NCBI GenBank assembly: GCA_913055705.1
Contig: CAJXKT010000001.1
Coordinates: forward strand, 1-52,753
Source of the DNA: an uncultured bacterium
GTDB lineage: Bacteria > Planctomycetota > Brocadiia > Brocadiales > Scalinduaceae
Length of the DNA: 52,753 nt
Direction: 5' to 3'
In this document: one piece after another, positions 51,882 through 52,753 of the stretch
Numbering within the stretch: the stretch's first letter is position 1
Layout: every line of letters begins with the position of its first letter
Program-made: the position numbers and the translations under genes
Notes under the pieces: model-generated
The model's input: the letters and a program-made list of their open reading frames with translations, nothing else
What the model was told of the DNA's origin: nothing
The model's database searches: none

Positions 51882-52340
51882 CTACAATATATCTATAGCT
51901 TTCATAAAAGTTGACACTATCCAGTCAACACAGAAAACATACACCCCCAAGACTACCAAACATACGATAACAACAATTGTTGAGCCAATTAATTCGCTCC
52001 TTGTCGGCCATGAAACCTTTTGAAGCTCTGCTTGTGTATCTATAAAAAACTCTATAGCCTTCTTGGACCTGTTATCTAAGCCCCTTAGCCCTATTTCAAA
52101 ACCAGTTGTAAATAAACATATAAATATGCCGCACAAAACAAAAAGGGCAGATGAACCAGCTACCCCCCAGGTCAAACCTATATCCAGCACGGGTACCCTG
52201 GCACCGGCATAAAATTCCGGAAGGTCTATCATTGCTCCATATAAAGAGTATGCGGCAAATATTGCGGCAAGACCAAAAAGTCCTGCTACCGCACTTCTTG
52301 CATATACACCCATTCCCTTTCTATAAATTTGAAAAGTCAT
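51882..52340 (-). CDS. secE: Preprotein translocase SecE, long form with three hydrophobic segments
   Basis: FF.....ELQKVSWPT..EL..ST.VV; located between tRNA-Trp and nusG. Confidence 0.93.
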   Translation of the reverse strand: MTFQIYRKGMGVYARSAVAGLFGLAAIFAAYSLYGAMIDLPEFYAGARVPVLDIGLTWGVAGSSALFVLCGIFICLFTTGFEIGLRGLDNRSKKAIEFFIDTQAELQKVSWPTRSELIGSTIVVIVCLVVLGVYVFCVDWIVSTFMKAIDIL

Positions 52341-52374
52341 ACTCGCTACTCTACTCTTCTATAGTAAAATTGTC

Positions 52375-52452
52375 TGGCAGGTCTGGAGGGACTCGAACCC
52401 CCAACACCCGGATTTGGAATCCGGTGCTCTAGCCGATTAGAGCTACAGACCT
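52375..52452 (-). tRNA. trnW: tRNA-Trp (CCA)
   Basis: AGGTCTG acceptor stem pairs with CAGACCT; anticodon arm CCGGA-TTCCAAA-TCCGG; GTTCGAGT T-loop; encoded 3' CCA. Confidence 0.97.
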
Positions 52453-52458
52453 TTCTTT

Positions 52459-52608
52459 CTATTTTTTCTGCTCTTTATGTATTGTGTGTGACCTGCAAAA
52501 CTTACAGAACTTTTTCATCTCCAGACGCTCAGTCTGCTTCAGTTTCTTGCTTGTTCTATAATTCCTACTACTACATTCTGTACATGCCAGAGTTATATAA
52601 TTCGCCAT
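52459..52608 (-). CDS. rpmG: 50S ribosomal protein L33, Zn-binding type (not in ORF track)
   Basis: Manual translation [49 protein letters not shown]. Confidence 0.96.
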   Translation of the reverse strand: MANYITLACTECSSRNYRTSKKLKQTERLEMKKFCKFCRSHTIHKEQKK

Positions 52609-52625
52609 TACGCTTTACTTTTACA

Positions 52626-52753
52626 CTATTCAATAATTTTAGTAACAACACCCGCTCCTACCGTCTTCCCACCTTCTCTTATCGCAAACCTCAACTCCTT
52701 ATCCATCGCTATCGGAGTTATCAACTCTATCTGCAAATTAGCATTGTCACCAG
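52626..52753 (-). CDS. tuf: 3' end of a second EF-Tu gene, cut by the window edge
   Basis: 52627-52753 is identical to 36772-36898; stop is TAG rather than TAA. Confidence 0.96.
   Translation of the reverse strand, partial: GDNANLQIELITPIAMDKELRFAIREGGKTVGAGVVTKIIE

Noticed and set aside
51882-52340. Unusually long SecE
   Set aside because: Three-helix SecE forms are well known, so this is not novel.
1-52753. CRISPR arrays, rRNA genes, transposases, prophage or defence genes
   Set aside because: No spaced direct repeats and no matching ORFs; nearly all sequence is accounted for by housekeeping genes.

Overview
Low-GC core-genome window, inferred to come from a Planctomycetota member, probably an anammox (Brocadiia/Scalindua-like) organism. 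The inference rests on a Minf_1886-type PVC protein, the RpoA start MRIRW, planctomycete-like RpoB motifs and a long SecE. The right ~33 kb (20146-52753, minus strand) is one continuous translation/transcription supercluster: tuf(partial)-rpmG-tRNA-Trp-secE-nusG-rplKAJL-rpoBC-rpsLG-fusA-tuf, then S10, spc and alpha. It lacks rpmD, has a methyltransferase inserted between rpsM and rpsK, and has a dual-specificity phosphatase appended after rplQ. The left ~20 kb holds an HtrA-like protease, an FGE-domain gene, yaaT/ricT-metG, a sensor-less kinase with a sigma-54 regulator, cspA, pnp, rpsO, a DUF362 + polyferredoxin pair, ribH-nusB-ftsY and tatC. The most unusual items are three fusions: NusB with a complete PHP (TrpH/YciV/RNase AM-type) domain, TatC with a seventh helix and a FecR-like domain, and a NapH/NapG-like polyferredoxin with an internal Tat-like motif and a DUF6599-like domain. 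Also noted are a 1-nt frameshift in ftsY, an insertion in L17, an RpsL K88R state, small nested palindromes, and a GC-rich candidate structured RNA between secE and nusG. No CRISPR, rRNA or transposase was seen. All family assignments are by motif recognition, not database search.
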